A stretch of DNA of 52,621 bases from Candidatus Omnitrophota bacterium (GTDB lineage: Bacteria > Omnitrophota > Omnitrophia > Omnitrophales > Aquincolibacteriaceae): assembly GCA_035352955.1 (NCBI GenBank), contig DAOPYQ010000012.1, forward strand, positions 1-52,621, in the 5' to 3' direction. Under the pieces are notes generated by a model. The model was not told where the DNA came from, did not search any database, and saw nothing but the letters and a program-made list of their open reading frames with translations. Numbering within the stretch: position 1 is the first letter of the stretch; each line of letters opens with the position of its first letter. Shown here in pieces: positions 52,621 through 52,621 of the stretch. A program made the position numbers and the translations under genes.

Positions 52621-52621
52621 A

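Overview
This is a densely packed bacterial chromosomal segment, moderately GC-rich by eye. Every gene I can support, about 41 CDS and 3 tRNAs, lies on the + strand, and many junctions are 4-nt ATGA/GTGA overlaps. The gene content and one small PVC-type conserved protein hint at an uncultivated PVC/Omnitrophota-like lineage, but that is inference only.

Gene order:
- maf, polysaccharide deacetylase, prmA, lpd
- a 2307-aa giant envelope protein (duplicated CBM-like domains, a large polytopic membrane block, then a GH94-type glycoside phosphorylase module)
- tRNA-Arg(TCT), DD-carboxypeptidase, a lipoprotein with a CBM-like domain and a GH144/DUF3131-like (beta-1,2-glucanase-type) domain, pgeF, efp, tRNA-Val(CAC)
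- a FecR/CBM-like anchored protein, tRNA-Leu(CAG), smpB
- AAA ATPase, HIT, PocR-GAF-HD-GYP
- a small TM protein, an OmpA-like lipoprotein, a hypothetical protein
- a dcw cluster, murE-murF-mraY-murD-ftsW-murG-murC-murB-ddl-ftsQ-ftsA, with no ftsZ or ftsI adjacent
- gcvT-gcvH-gcvPA-gcvPB and a lipoate ligase-like gene, a small conserved protein, uvrD/pcrA

The most interesting region comes after uvrD. An AT-rich leader is followed by a second giant ORF that is absent from the supplied ORF track because it has no stop codon inside the window. It runs from ATG 44590 to the last base, at least 2677 codons. It encodes a signal-peptide protein with an embedded cytidylate-kinase domain, a tandem 594-bp module duplication containing a 215-bp perfectly identical core, frameshift-prone short repeats, and a C-terminal polytopic membrane region.

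I found no CRISPR array, transposase, integrase or rRNA. All calls come from reading the sequence and translations by eye; no database search was run.
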